Positions 10,464 through 20,431 of a stretch of 64,000 bases of DNA are shown here, piece after piece. How positions within the stretch are numbered: the first letter of the stretch is position 1; the number at the start of each line of letters is the position of its first letter. The stretch lies in assembly GCA_963725865.1 (NCBI GenBank), contig CAVSAC010000010.1, positions 864,001-928,000 on the forward strand, given 5' to 3'. Below the pieces are notes generated by a model. The model made no database searches. It saw only the letters and a list, made by a program, of their open reading frames with translations, and had not been told where the DNA came from. This DNA is from Candidatus Eiseniibacteriota bacterium. Lineage in GTDB: Bacteria > Eisenbacteria > RBG-16-71-46. The translations under genes were made by a program, and so were the position numbers.

Positions 10464-13454
10464 TTACCGCCAGTCGCCGGCCGCCACGAACGCGGCCCAG
10501 TAGTACGGGTGATCGCTCTCCCCCGCCGCGCGGCGCTCGCGCAGCACCGCGCGCTGGGCCTGCTGCACCGCCTCGGCGGCGCCCAGGTGGCGGCCGAACC
10601 GCGCGCCGTAGAGCGCGTCCATCCAGCGCTCGGTCGCATCGTCGGCCACCGCCCACAGACTGGAGACCAGCGTGTGGACGCCCGCGATCGCGAAGCCGCG
10701 CCGCAGCCCCAGTACGCCCTCGCCGTCCTGGATCTCGCCCGCGCCGCTCTCGCAGGTCGAGAGCACCGCCCACTCCACGCCCTCGAGGTCGAGTGTCGAG
10801 ACCTCGGCCGCGGTGAGGATGCCGTCGTCGTCGCCCGCCGCGAGGCGGTCGCGCAGGTTGGCGCCCGCCAGCGCCACGCCGGCGCGCAGCAGCGGGTCCT
10901 CGAGCGCGAGCGAGTCGAGCCGGTCGCGCCGGGCGCACGCGGCGTCGAGCAGGAAGCCGTGGGTGGCCAGGTGCAGCACCCGATGCCCGGGCGCCAGCGC
11001 GCGCAGCGAGCGCTCGTCCGCGCCGTCGCCGACCAGCGTGCGCACGTCGCGGTCGGCGCACGCGCCGCTCCAGCGCCGGCCCACGTCGGCGGCCTCCTCG
11101 CGCGCGCCGGGCAGCGGCGCGAATCGCAGCGAGCGGAACGCCTCGCACGCCGACTGGGCGCCGCGCTCGCGCGCGGCATCCGCGGAGCCGCGCGCCGCGG
11201 GCCGCGGCGCGCGATCGAACTCGGGCGCCGCGACGACGAGCAGCCCGCGCCCCGGCGGATCCGGCGGATCGGCGGCGACCGCGTCGCGCTCGGCGCCCAG
11301 CAGGTGGATCGGCGGCCCGTGCTCGGCCTCGAAGCCACCGCGTGGCGCGGGCAGCGCCGCGAACGGCGCGCGCTGCAGCAGACCGTCCGGCACCACCAGC
11401 ACGCGCGCGGCCCCGGCGCAGGCGGGCTGCAGCGGGTCCCACACCCGGGCGCGCACCCGCGCGCCCGCGTCGCGGCAGCGCCGCTCGGCGGCGGCGCGCC
11501 CGAGCGGCGACGGGCGCGTGGCGAGCGCGGCCAGCCACTCGCGCAGCGGCGGCTCGAGCGTCGTGGCCTCGCCGAGCGCGATCACTCGCGGCGGTACCCC
11601 GGCCGGCCCGCGCACGAACGCCAGGTAGCGCGCCGCGCCGCGCGCGATCCCGCGCCGCGGCACGTGGGCGTAGCGCGCGAACGCCACCAGCGCGTCGCGA
11701 GGGCCGAGGGCCACCGCCACCGAGTCGTAGCCCGCGAGCGCGCGGCGGGAGTCGCCGCGCTCGTGCGCGCTGCGAGCGGCGAGCGCCAGCTCGAGCCGCT
11801 CGCGCGTCTCCCACAGCGCCGCGATCCGGGCGCGCCGGGCGGAGTCCACGACAGCGTCGCTCCCGCTCGCGAGCAGCCCGGCGAGCTGCTCGCTCGCGCT
11901 CCCCAGCGAATCCGCCAGCGCCCGCGCGAGCGGATCCGCGCTGGTCACCACCGCGTGGTGGCGGCGCGCCATCTCGTCCATCACCAGCGCGCGCGAGCGC
12001 ACCAGCGTGTCCCACGCGCGGCGCACCACGCCGGCGTCGTCCGGATGCTCGGCCGCCAGCGTCAGCACCAGGTCGAGGCCCGAGGGCCGCGTGCGCGCGT
12101 AGCGCAGCGCCAGGCGCTCCTCGACGCCGCGCGCGGTCAGCCGCAGATGATCGGTCGCGATGCGCTCGGCGCGCACCGCCTCCTCGAGCGCCGCCGCGTC
12201 GTCGCCCTGCGCGCGGTGGGCGCGCGCGAGATCGGCGAGCGACTCGGCGAGATCGGGATGGTCGGCCCCGGTCGCGCGCTCGTGGATGGCGCGCGCGCGC
12301 TGGAACGCGGCCACAGCCGCGGCCGCGTCGTCGGACGCCAGCGCCAGGTTGCCAAGCACCTCGAGGCTGCGGGCGACCTCGGGATGGTCGGGCCCGTAGG
12401 CCGCCTCGCGGATCGCCAGGCCGCGCAGCAGGTGCGGCCGCGCCCGCGCGGTGTCGCCGGTCGCCAGCTCGAGCGCGCCGAGGTCGTTGAGCGCGATGCC
12501 GAGCGAAGCGTGGCGGGCCCCCAGCACCGAGTCGCCGATCGCCAGCGCCTCGCGCAGATCCGCGAGCGCCGCGGTGGTGTCGCCGTCCTCCGCCTCGACC
12601 GCCGCCAGGTTGGTCAGCACGAACGGCACGTAAGGGTGGCGCGGACCGTACGCGTTGCGCACCAGCGCGAGGTCGCGCTGCAGCAGCGCGCGTCCGGCCG
12701 CGGGGTCGCCCATGGTCGAGAGCAGGTTCGCCAGGTTGTTGAGGTTGAACACCAGGTCGCGGTGGGTCGGCCCCAGCGCCCGCTCGCGGATCGCCAGCGC
12801 CTCGCGATACAGCGCGCGGGCCTCCGACCAGCGCCCGATCTTGCGGTCCATCACGCCGAGGCTGTTGAGCGCGTTGCCGTACTCCGCGCCCTCGCGCCCG
12901 TAGAGGCTCTCGGCCGCCGCGATGCTGCGCCGGTACAGCTCGCTGGCGGCCGCGAAGTCGGCGCGCTCCTCCTCGATGTTCGCGAGGTAGCGCAGCCCCC
13001 GGTAGACGTCGCGGTCGCGCGGTCCGCGCGTGCGCTCGCAGAGGTCGAGCCCGGCGCGCGCCCACGTGCGGGCGGGGTCCAGCTCGCCGCGGCGGTAGAG
13101 CAGCCGCGCGAGTGTGATCATGCTGGCGCCGGCCGCGGCGCTGCTGTCGCCGCGGGCGCGCTGCCAGGCGCGCACCGCGCGCTCGCCGATCGCGGGCGCG
13201 TCGTCGCCCCAGTGACCGTTCTCGAGCAGCACGTCGGTCAGCACGTCGAGCGCGCGGGCCCGCGCGCTGTCGGGCGCCGCAGCCTGCTCGAGCTTGGCCA
13301 GCCAGTGCCGCGCGCGCGCCTCGGCGTCGGCGCCGTCGACGCGGACGCGGGCACGCAGCGCCGCGGCGGAGTCCGCCAGCGCGTCGGCGCGCGCGGGCGC
13401 CGCGGGCGCGAGTGCGGCGAGCAGCAGCGCCAGCGCCGCCGCGAGCGGCCTCAC
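10464..13454 (-). CDS. Exported TPR + CHAT (caspase-like) protease
   Basis: GTG start overlaps the sigma stop; signal peptide RPLAAALALLLAALAPAAPARA; kinesin-light-chain-type TPRs (LGPTHRDLVFNLNNLA, YGPDHPEVARSL); CHAT dyad LHLATHG and VLSTCESG; SSLWAV; HPYYWAAF. Confidence 0.92.
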   Translation of the reverse strand: MRPLAAALALLLAALAPAAPARADALADSAAALRARVRVDGADAEARARHWLAKLEQAAAPDSARARALDVLTDVLLENGHWGDDAPAIGERAVRAWQRARGDSSAAAGASMITLARLLYRRGELDPARTWARAGLDLCERTRGPRDRDVYRGLRYLANIEEERADFAAASELYRRSIAAAESLYGREGAEYGNALNSLGVMDRKIGRWSEARALYREALAIRERALGPTHRDLVFNLNNLANLLSTMGDPAAGRALLQRDLALVRNAYGPRHPYVPFVLTNLAAVEAEDGDTTAALADLREALAIGDSVLGARHASLGIALNDLGALELATGDTARARPHLLRGLAIREAAYGPDHPEVARSLEVLGNLALASDDAAAAVAAFQRARAIHERATGADHPDLAESLADLARAHRAQGDDAAALEEAVRAERIATDHLRLTARGVEERLALRYARTRPSGLDLVLTLAAEHPDDAGVVRRAWDTLVRSRALVMDEMARRHHAVVTSADPLARALADSLGSASEQLAGLLASGSDAVVDSARRARIAALWETRERLELALAARSAHERGDSRRALAGYDSVAVALGPRDALVAFARYAHVPRRGIARGAARYLAFVRGPAGVPPRVIALGEATTLEPPLREWLAALATRPSPLGRAAAERRCRDAGARVRARVWDPLQPACAGAARVLVVPDGLLQRAPFAALPAPRGGFEAEHGPPIHLLGAERDAVAADPPDPPGRGLLVVAAPEFDRAPRPAARGSADAARERGAQSACEAFRSLRFAPLPGAREEAADVGRRWSGACADRDVRTLVGDGADERSLRALAPGHRVLHLATHGFLLDAACARRDRLDSLALEDPLLRAGVALAGANLRDRLAAGDDDGILTAAEVSTLDLEGVEWAVLSTCESGAGEIQDGEGVLGLRRGFAIAGVHTLVSSLWAVADDATERWMDALYGARFGRHLGAAEAVQQAQRAVLRERRAAGESDHPYYWAAFVAAGDWR

Positions 13455-14005
13455 GCGTCCGCCCGACCCAGGCGCCGGCGCAGCGACTGCATGCACTGGA
13501 ACATCCGCACCCGCAGCGTGGACTCGTTGCGGTCCTCGCGCCGCGCGATCTCGGCGTAGGCGAGCCCCTCGAGGAAGTGCTGGCGGATCAGCTCGCGGCA
13601 TGCGGCGCCCAGCGCCCGCAGCGCCACCAGCAGGCGCGCTCGCTCGTCGCTCGCCACCGCGCGCTCGAGCGGCCCGGGCGCCTGATCGACGAGCGACTCG
13701 TCGGGCGGCACCTGCGGGCGCCGCCTTCGCAGGCGGTCGATGCAGCGCGCCGACGCCACGGTGCGGACCAGCGCATGCAGTCCGTGGGTGAGCCGGAAGT
13801 CCGGGCGCGCGACGAGCTGCCAGAGGGCCGCCAGCGTGTCCTGCACCGCGTCGTCACGCTCCTCGGCGCTGAGGCCGAACCCGCGGAAGTACACCACGGT
13901 GCGCGCCCACCGCTCGACCGTGCGGCAGGCCGCGGCCTCGCCGGCGGCGAAATGCCGCACCAGTGCCCGTTCGTCGTCGTGGGGTGCCGGGATCGACGGG
14001 TCCAT
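13451..14005 (-). CDS. ECF-type RNA polymerase sigma factor
   Basis: 184 aa; ERDDAVQDT (region 2), ARCIDRLRR, CRELIRQHFLEGLAYAEIA...TLRVRMFQC (region 4). Confidence 0.88.
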   Translation of the reverse strand: MDPSIPAPHDDERALVRHFAAGEAAACRTVERWARTVVYFRGFGLSAEERDDAVQDTLAALWQLVARPDFRLTHGLHALVRTVASARCIDRLRRRRPQVPPDESLVDQAPGPLERAVASDERARLLVALRALGAACRELIRQHFLEGLAYAEIARREDRNESTLRVRMFQCMQSLRRRLGRADA

Positions 14006-14057
14006 GGGGTTCCCCGGTGGCGGTCGGCGCGGCCCTCGACCGGCTGCCGGGCGAGTA

Positions 14058-14082
14058 TAAACATCCGGCGCCCTGCTGCGAC
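14058..14082 (+). promoter_or_regulatory. Putative ECF promoter TAAAC-N16-CGAC upstream of the anti-sigma gene
   Basis: TAAAC atccggcgccctgctg CGAC; same architecture as the copy at 15070. Confidence 0.5.
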
Positions 14083-14166
14083 GAGGAGTCGGGAGCGGCG
14101 GGGATGGTTCTGGACCGGGCCGGGGGCGGGTGTTTCACTGGCCGGGCACCGCACCAGGGAGGACGC

Positions 14167-15072
14167 ATGGACCACGACGACGCCTCGCAGCGCCTCACCG
14201 ACTGGGTGGCCGGCCGGCTCGCCGAGCCCGACGCCGCGGCGGTGGCGGCGCACGTGGCCGGCTGCGCGGCTTGTCGCGAGGTGGCCGAGGCGGTCCGCGG
14301 CGTGCGCGCGGCGGTCGCCGAGCACGGCGAGCACCTGTTCTCGGCGCATCCGCTGCCGGAGGCGTTGGCGCGCTTCGCGCTCGCACCTGACGCGGTCGCG
14401 CTGCCCGAGCTGAGCGCACTGCGCGGCCACCTCGCCGCGTGTCCGACCTGTGAGCGCGAGCTGGCGCTGGTGCGCGCGGCGAACGGGCCCGCGCCACTGC
14501 GGGCATTGCGGGCGTGGGTGCCGGCGCGCGGGGCGGGTGCGGCGCTGCTGCGCCCGGCGCTCGCGGTGCTGGTGGCGCTGCTGGCGGTGCCGGCCTGGCT
14601 GGGCATCGTCGAGCTGCCGCGCGAGCGGGCGCGGGCGCGGCAGGCCGTGCGTGAGGCGGCGGTCGCGCCCGCCCCGGTCGCGCGCGAGGCGGCGCCCGCG
14701 TGGGCGGGTGGGGCAGTGGACCTGCTGGTACTGAGCGCCCCCACGCGCGGAGCGGAGGGCGAAGTACCGCTCGTGCGCCTGCGGCCGGGCCAGCCGGCGG
14801 TGCCGCTGCTCGTCGAACTGGCGCGGCCGCGCGCCGACTCGCTGACGCTGCGCGCGATCGACGCCGCCGGGGTCGCGGCCTGGAGCCTGACCACCGCGCG
14901 GGACGAGCTGTGGGACGTCCGCCACGGCGGCCTGAGCGCGCTGGTGCCGGCCGCGGCACTCGGCGCGGGTGCCTACCGGCTCGAGGTGGCACCCGCCGGC
15001 GGCGGCGCGCCGCTGCTGGTGGCGCGCTTCCGGGTCGCGGCGGCCGCCGCGCGCGGGCCCCTCACCCCCTAA
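14167..15072 (+). CDS. Membrane-anchored anti-sigma factor with two zf-HC2 motifs
   Basis: GGAGG RBS; HVAGCAAC and HLAACPTC motifs; a single TM (ALAVLVALLAVPAWLGIV); beta-rich C-terminal domain ending GAYRLEV; divergent from the ECF sigma. Confidence 0.8.
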   Translation: MDHDDASQRLTDWVAGRLAEPDAAAVAAHVAGCAACREVAEAVRGVRAAVAEHGEHLFSAHPLPEALARFALAPDAVALPELSALRGHLAACPTCERELALVRAANGPAPLRALRAWVPARGAGAALLRPALAVLVALLAVPAWLGIVELPRERARARQAVREAAVAPAPVAREAAPAWAGGAVDLLVLSAPTRGAEGEVPLVRLRPGQPAVPLLVELARPRADSLTLRAIDAAGVAAWSLTTARDELWDVRHGGLSALVPAAALGAGAYRLEVAPAGGGAPLLVARFRVAAAAARGPLTP

Positions 15073-15094
15073 ACGCCCGCGCGCCTGCCGCGAC
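15070..15094 (+). promoter_or_regulatory. Putative ECF promoter TAAAC-N16-CGAC upstream of the secreted protein gene
   Basis: TAAAC gcccgcgcgcctgccg CGAC; its TAA is the anti-sigma stop codon. Confidence 0.5.
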
Positions 15095-15143
15095 CAGCAC
15101 CGGGAACACCGTTCCCTCGTGCTCTCGGACGCGGAGGCCCCTC

Positions 15144-17561
15144 ATGTCACGCTCCCGGCTGGTCGTGCTCACCCTCCTGCTCGGTCTCGGATCCGCGCTG
15201 TCGCCCGGCGGCGCGCGCGCCGACGACGTCGCGCTTGGCTTCTCCGCCACCAACAACCCCAGCGGGTCGTGGCGCTATGGCTACTCGGCCGATCGCGGCA
15301 CCGCATTCACGCTGTTCGACACCCATGCGCCCGACGCCGCGGGGCTCGACGTGTGGAAGAAGGCCGGCACCCAGGCCACCGTCTCCCACAACGGCACCGG
15401 CGTCGGGAAACTGGTGGGCGGCACGGTGTACACGCCCGCAGGCGGGATCAACCTGATGCCGGGCGCCGCCGATGAATGGGCGGTGGTGCGCTGGACCGCG
15501 CCGGCGACCGGCTCGTACGCGGTGAACGCGCACTTCGTTCCGCGCGCGCTCCCCAACGCGGGCGGCGGCGCGGCCGAGGTGGCGCTGCTCCACGGCGCCG
15601 CGGTGGTGTTCGACCGCTGGGTCCAGTTCCCGATCGGGCTCACCACCGCGACCGTCACCGCCACGCTCGTGCTGAACGCGGGCGAGACCCTCGATCTCAC
15701 GGTCGGCAACGCCTCCGACGGGAACAACCTCGACGTGATCGGACTCGACGCCACCATCGACCGGGTGGCACCCGATCCGGGACCGGCGGGCCCCGTGTTC
15801 ACGCTCGGCGGGCAGCGTTTCGCGGCCTGCCGCTGGGGCTCGGTGTTCGAGTCGATCGCCTTCGACCCGGTGAACCACCGCATCGCCTCGCGCGGCTTCA
15901 TCCGCGACCTGTGCGGCAACCAGATCTCGACCGGCCCCGACGAGGCGCCCGGCCTGGCGTGGGATTCGCGCACCGGCACCTACTGGCAGATCCTCAATGA
16001 CCGCACGGTGCGGCGCTGGAGTGCGGCGGGTGCCCTGCTCGACACCGTGTTCGTGCTGCCGCTCACGTTCACGGTGCCGGTGAGCGGGCCGGACACGCTC
16101 GAGTCGGTGCGCGGGATCGCGACGGACTCCAACTTCGTGTACGTGGTCGACGCGGGGCCGAACCCGGGCACCATCCCTTCGTGCGAGTGGTTCAAGTTCT
16201 CGCGCACCGGCGCGCCGGTGAAGTCCTCGAAGAGCACCGATCTCCAGGCCCACCTCGGACCCGACCCCGACGCGCTGGTGGACGACATCGTGTACGTGCC
16301 GTTCGCCTCGCCGGTGCTGCCGGGGCGGCTGATCGTGGCGCTCGAGCACACCGGGCTGCAGGTGATCGACACCAACGGCAACTTCGTGTCGACGTTCCGC
16401 TGGACCGATCAGGGATACGCGACGCGGCCGCTGGCCGCGCTCGCGGGCGTGACCGTGGACCCGACGACCGGGAACGTGTACCTGGCCGACAACGACACCG
16501 GCGTGGCGCTGGTGCTCACCTACCTGGCGCAGCAGGGCGCGACCTCGTACGTGATCGGCGGCGAGGACGCGAGCGGAGGCCCGCCGACGCTGAGCGCGGT
16601 GCTCAAGGCCCCGAACCCCGGCTGCGACCTGCCGCTGTGGAAGCCGTGGGGGCTGCCGTCCGGCTCCAGCGGCAACTTCTTCGGTCTCGCCTACCGTGCG
16701 GTCGACCGCTCCGTCTATACGATGGACTACGGCGGCAGCGGCGAGCTGTGGCGCTTCGACCCGCGCCTCGGGAACGCGATGCGCGTGGGTGCCACCGGTC
16801 TCTCCAGCTCGTGGAGCCTGGCGTACGACAGCGAGCGCGACGTGCTCTACGGCGCGGTCGGATTCCCGTCGTCACGTATCGTCTCCATCGATCCGGCGAG
16901 CGGTGCCGCCACCTCGCTGCCCAATCCGAGCGGCTACTCGTTCGGCTCGTCCACCGACCTGGCGTGGGACTCGATCGACAAGAAGCTCTACGCGATCGAC
17001 GCGTCGGTCACCCCGCACCACCTGCTGCGCATCGACCGCGACACCGGGATCGCGCAGGTGGCCGGCAACACCACCGCGCGCAACGGCGGGCTCGAGTTCG
17101 ACGCCTCGATCGGCAAGTTGATCGCGCACGACGGGACCACCGGCGCGCTGGTGACGATCGATCCCACCACCGTGGCGACCCTGCCGTTCGTCTCGCTGCC
17201 GCGCGACGCGGGCTTCGAGGGGCTCGCGGTCGTGCCCGTGCCCGCGAACCCGGGGCTGCTGGCGGCGCCGGAGCCGGCGGCCGCGACGTTCTCGGGCGTG
17301 CGCGCGTTCCCGAATCCCGCCGCGGCCGGCGCCACCATCGCGTTCGCGCTGCCGGCGGCCGGGAGCGCCACGGTCGCGGTCTACGACGTGGCCGGCCGCC
17401 GCGTGCGCGAGCTGCGCCGGCAGTCGTTCGGCGCCGGCATGCAGCGCCTGGCGTGGGACGGCCGCGACGACGGCGGGCGCCCGGTGGGCGACGGCGTGTA
17501 CTTCGTGCGGGTCGAGACCGCGGAGCGCACCGCGGTGGCGCGGCTCACGGTGCTCCACTGA
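15144..17561 (+). CDS. Secreted beta-propeller-like protein with C-terminal FlgD-Ig/T9SS-like domain
   Basis: GGAGG RBS; signal peptide [26 protein letters not shown]; repeated LAWD/LAYD blades; C-terminus AFPNP...[10 protein letters not shown]...[19 protein letters not shown]. Confidence 0.85.
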   Translation: MSRSRLVVLTLLLGLGSALSPGGARADDVALGFSATNNPSGSWRYGYSADRGTAFTLFDTHAPDAAGLDVWKKAGTQATVSHNGTGVGKLVGGTVYTPAGGINLMPGAADEWAVVRWTAPATGSYAVNAHFVPRALPNAGGGAAEVALLHGAAVVFDRWVQFPIGLTTATVTATLVLNAGETLDLTVGNASDGNNLDVIGLDATIDRVAPDPGPAGPVFTLGGQRFAACRWGSVFESIAFDPVNHRIASRGFIRDLCGNQISTGPDEAPGLAWDSRTGTYWQILNDRTVRRWSAAGALLDTVFVLPLTFTVPVSGPDTLESVRGIATDSNFVYVVDAGPNPGTIPSCEWFKFSRTGAPVKSSKSTDLQAHLGPDPDALVDDIVYVPFASPVLPGRLIVALEHTGLQVIDTNGNFVSTFRWTDQGYATRPLAALAGVTVDPTTGNVYLADNDTGVALVLTYLAQQGATSYVIGGEDASGGPPTLSAVLKAPNPGCDLPLWKPWGLPSGSSGNFFGLAYRAVDRSVYTMDYGGSGELWRFDPRLGNAMRVGATGLSSSWSLAYDSERDVLYGAVGFPSSRIVSIDPASGAATSLPNPSGYSFGSSTDLAWDSIDKKLYAIDASVTPHHLLRIDRDTGIAQVAGNTTARNGGLEFDASIGKLIAHDGTTGALVTIDPTTVATLPFVSLPRDAGFEGLAVVPVPANPGLLAAPEPAAATFSGVRAFPNPAAAGATIAFALPAAGSATVAVYDVAGRRVRELRRQSFGAGMQRLAWDGRDDGGRPVGDGVYFVRVETAERTAVARLTVLH

Positions 17562-17592
17562 GGCCGGCGCGGCCGCGCCGCGCTCCCAAACA

Positions 17593-17632
17593 CCGACCGG
17601 CGAGGCGCCTGCGGGGCGCCTCGCCGGGTCGG
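17593..17632. terminator. GC-rich hairpin between convergent genes
   Basis: CCGACCGGCGAGGCGCC-tgcgg-GGCGCCTCGCCGGGTCGG. Confidence 0.55.
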
Positions 17633-17661
17633 ATGCAGATCGCGGGTCGCGGCGGACCGCG

Positions 17662-19216
17662 TCAGGACTGGGTTGCCATCGCCTGCTTGAGCGGCCGGTT
17701 GAACAGCCAGATCGCGATGCCCGCGCCGCAGCCGAGCACCAGCAGGATGAGGAAGAAGGTCTCCTTCGGGAGCACGGTGTAGAGCTGGCCGATGTAGCCC
17801 GAGAGGATGTTGCCGAAGAAGCTCGACAGGAACCACATGCCCATCATCATCGACACGATGTGACGCGGCGAGACCTTGGTCACCAGCGAGAGCCCGACCG
17901 GCGACAGGTACAGCTCGCCGACGGTCAGCAGCATGGTGCAGATCACCGGCCACATCCAGCTCCCCTGCCCGCCGCCCACCACGCGCACGCCCGCGATCAT
18001 GACGATGAACGAGAGCCCGAGGATCAGCGAGCCGATCGCCATCTTCGCCACCGAGGTCGGCTCCGTGCCCTTCTTGTTCTGCCACAGCCAGAACTTGTCG
18101 AGGAAGGGCGCGAACAGGAAGATGAAGAACGGGTTCACCGACTGGAACCAGGTCGAGGGCACCTGGAAGCCGAAGAGCATCGGCCACACCGTCTTCTCGT
18201 CCGCCCACGTCTGCATGGTGTTGCCCTGCTGCTCGTACACCGCCCAGAACACGATGTTGAGCGCGCACAGGATCACCAGCGCCCACACCCGGCTCAGCTC
18301 GTCCTTGGTCAGCGGACCGTGGCCGTGGCCCTTCTCCTGCGGCTTGGACTTGTCCGCCTGCGCCATCTCGCGCATCTGGAGCGTGTCGGGCGCCAGGAAG
18401 CGCTGGCCGAACGCCTGCACCACCAGGCCGGTGCACATGCCGACGCCGGCCGCGAAGAATCCCCAGCGCCAGCCGTAGAACGCCGCCAGCGTGCCGCAGA
18501 TCAGGTTGCAGATGAACGCGCCGAGGTTGATTCCCATGTAGAAGATGGTGAACGCGCCGTCGCGGCGCGGGTCGCCGGCGGGATAGAGGCTGCCCACCTG
18601 GGTCGAGATGTTGGGCTTGAAGAACCCGTTGCCCAGGATCAGGAACATGAGCGCGATGAAGAAGAAGCTCTCGGAGCCCCACAGCATGAACTGGCCGAGC
18701 GCCATCAGGCCGCCGCCGATGAACACCGACTTCTTCTGGCCCAGGAACTTGTCGGCGAGGTAGCCGCCGAGCAGCGGGGTCAGGTAGACGAGCCCGGTGT
18801 ACCAGCCGTAGATGACCGAGGCGCCCGGCTGCACCGCGCAGGTCTCGGTCGCGATGCGATGCGCGACGTCCGGCGCCAGCGCCGCCGCCCCGGTCGCGTG
18901 GGCGCTCGCCATCAGCGACGTGACACGCTCCGCGGCGCACTCCGTGAGCCGGGCGGGGTCGAGCGACGGGAGCAGGCGCTTGACGATCGACCAGCCGATG
19001 ACCGTGTGCGGATCGCCGGCGCGCGTCGAAGCCCTTGCCCTGCATCGACTGCCGGATGGTCACGAACAGGTAGTTCACCATGTACAGCTTCAGCAGGCCG
19101 CGCATCCCGTAGTACGAGAAGCGCTCCCACATCTCGGTGAAGAACAGCACGAACAGCCCGATCGGATGGCCGAACAGGGTGCGCGTATCCTTCGGACTGG
19201 TAGCGGTGGCGCTCAC
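17662..19216 (-). CDS. Second POT oligopeptide transporter (apparent frameshift near 19020)
   Basis: [25 protein letters not shown] in the 19216 frame; [39 protein letters not shown] in the 18912 frame. Confidence 0.9.
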
Positions 19217-19433
19217 GATGGGATCCCCAGGGACGTGTGTGACCGCGACTCGGGAACGAGGGCGCGTCAGCGGCCGGACCGGCCCCGCCGCGCAGACCGC
19301 GGCAGGATACGCATTCCGGTGGCCGCGGTGAAGGATTCTTCACCGCCGCGGAGATCCAGAAGCCGGGAGTGCGCCGTCCCGGGCCGGCGATGAACCCGGG
19401 GCAGCGCGCCGGCACGGCGTATCGTACACACGA

Positions 19434-19470
19434 CGAGGCCGGCGACGGAGACGTTCCGTCGCCGGCCTCG
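19434..19470 (-). terminator. Hairpin downstream of the 19482-20189 gene
   Basis: 16-bp perfect stem CGAGGCCGGCGACGGA-gacgt-TCCGTCGCCGGCCTCG. Confidence 0.6.
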
Positions 19471-19481
19471 ATGCACTGCGA

Positions 19482-20189
19482 TCAGCGCGTCCCGGCGTAG
19501 CGCGACTTGATCGCGCCCCAGCTCGCGCTCTGCGACGGCGTGGCGCCGTCGTAGTGCACGGTCACGCTCCAGTCGTCGATGCCGCCGAGGAGCGTGCTGC
19601 CGCCGCCCCCGACGCTGGTGGAGTTCGAGCGGTAGAAGCCGAACTGGATCGGGCCGCCGGCATTCGAGAAGTCGGGGTTCTGGACGCCGGGAGCCGCGGC
19701 GTCGAAGCTCGCCGCGGTGAGCCCCGGCTGCGCGGTCGCGACCCAGACATTGAGCGTGCTCGGGGTGACGAAGCCCGGCCCGTAGTAGATGACGCCGCCC
19801 TGCCGCAGCGCCACGCCGCAGGCCTGCACGCCGGCGGCCAGGCGGATCGACGATTCGGAGTAGTCGATCGCGGAGATCGGCCCGTTGGTGGCGGGGTTGA
19901 ACAGCGCGCCGGCGCGGGCGTGGAAGCCGAACACCGTGTTGGAGAAACCGAACCCGATGGCGCTGTTCAAGGTGTTGTCGATGCGCCGGTAGGGACCCGA
20001 CGTGCCGCCGGTGGCGACCTGCGTCCCGGTCACCGAGCCGCCGAGGTTGAGCAGCTCGGTCGTGATGCTCCAATCGGCATTGATGAACGTGGCATCGTTG
20101 AAGCTCGCGGTCTGGGCCCTCGCGGCGGGGGTGGCGACGAGGACGAACGTGAAGGTGAGGAGCGCGGCGGCGTGGAGTCGGGGACGCAT
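19482..20189 (-). CDS. Secreted protein with C-terminal SWGxxKxxY tail
   Basis: GGAGG RBS; signal peptide MRPRLHAAALLTFTFVLVATPAARA; ends ATPSQSASWGAIKSRYAGTR. Confidence 0.82.
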   Translation of the reverse strand: MRPRLHAAALLTFTFVLVATPAARAQTASFNDATFINADWSITTELLNLGGSVTGTQVATGGTSGPYRRIDNTLNSAIGFGFSNTVFGFHARAGALFNPATNGPISAIDYSESSIRLAAGVQACGVALRQGGVIYYGPGFVTPSTLNVWVATAQPGLTAASFDAAAPGVQNPDFSNAGGPIQFGFYRSNSTSVGGGGSTLLGGIDDWSVTVHYDGATPSQSASWGAIKSRYAGTR

Positions 20190-20431
20190 GGACCCTCCGG
20201 GATGTGGTGAGCGATGGTGCCTGTGGTCGAGGCGAGCTCGACGTACACGTGGCATCGCGCGGGGGTCGTCGGCCAGGTGGCCGCCGAATCTAACGCGAGC
20301 GACCGGCCGTCCGCCACGGCGAAATGGAGCCGGCGCGATCACCGGGGGCTCCGGCCGGCGGGGCCGGGCTCCGGGATCGGCGCCGCGACGCGGCCCGGCG
20401 GGCGCCGGGTCCGGAGCGGTTCAGTCGCGCG

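Noticed and set aside
10287..13559. 1090-aa plus-strand ORF and similar long Arg/Ala/Pro-rich ORFs (e.g. 22519-25755, 45717-49088, 26359-29127)
   Set aside because: Antisense or alternative-frame shadows of well-supported genes, with no motifs.
10464..14005. Type III-E CRISPR (Craspase) locus
   Set aside because: TPR-CHAT and a sigma factor are present, but there is no Cas7-11, Csx30/31 or repeat-spacer array, and this CHAT has a signal peptide.
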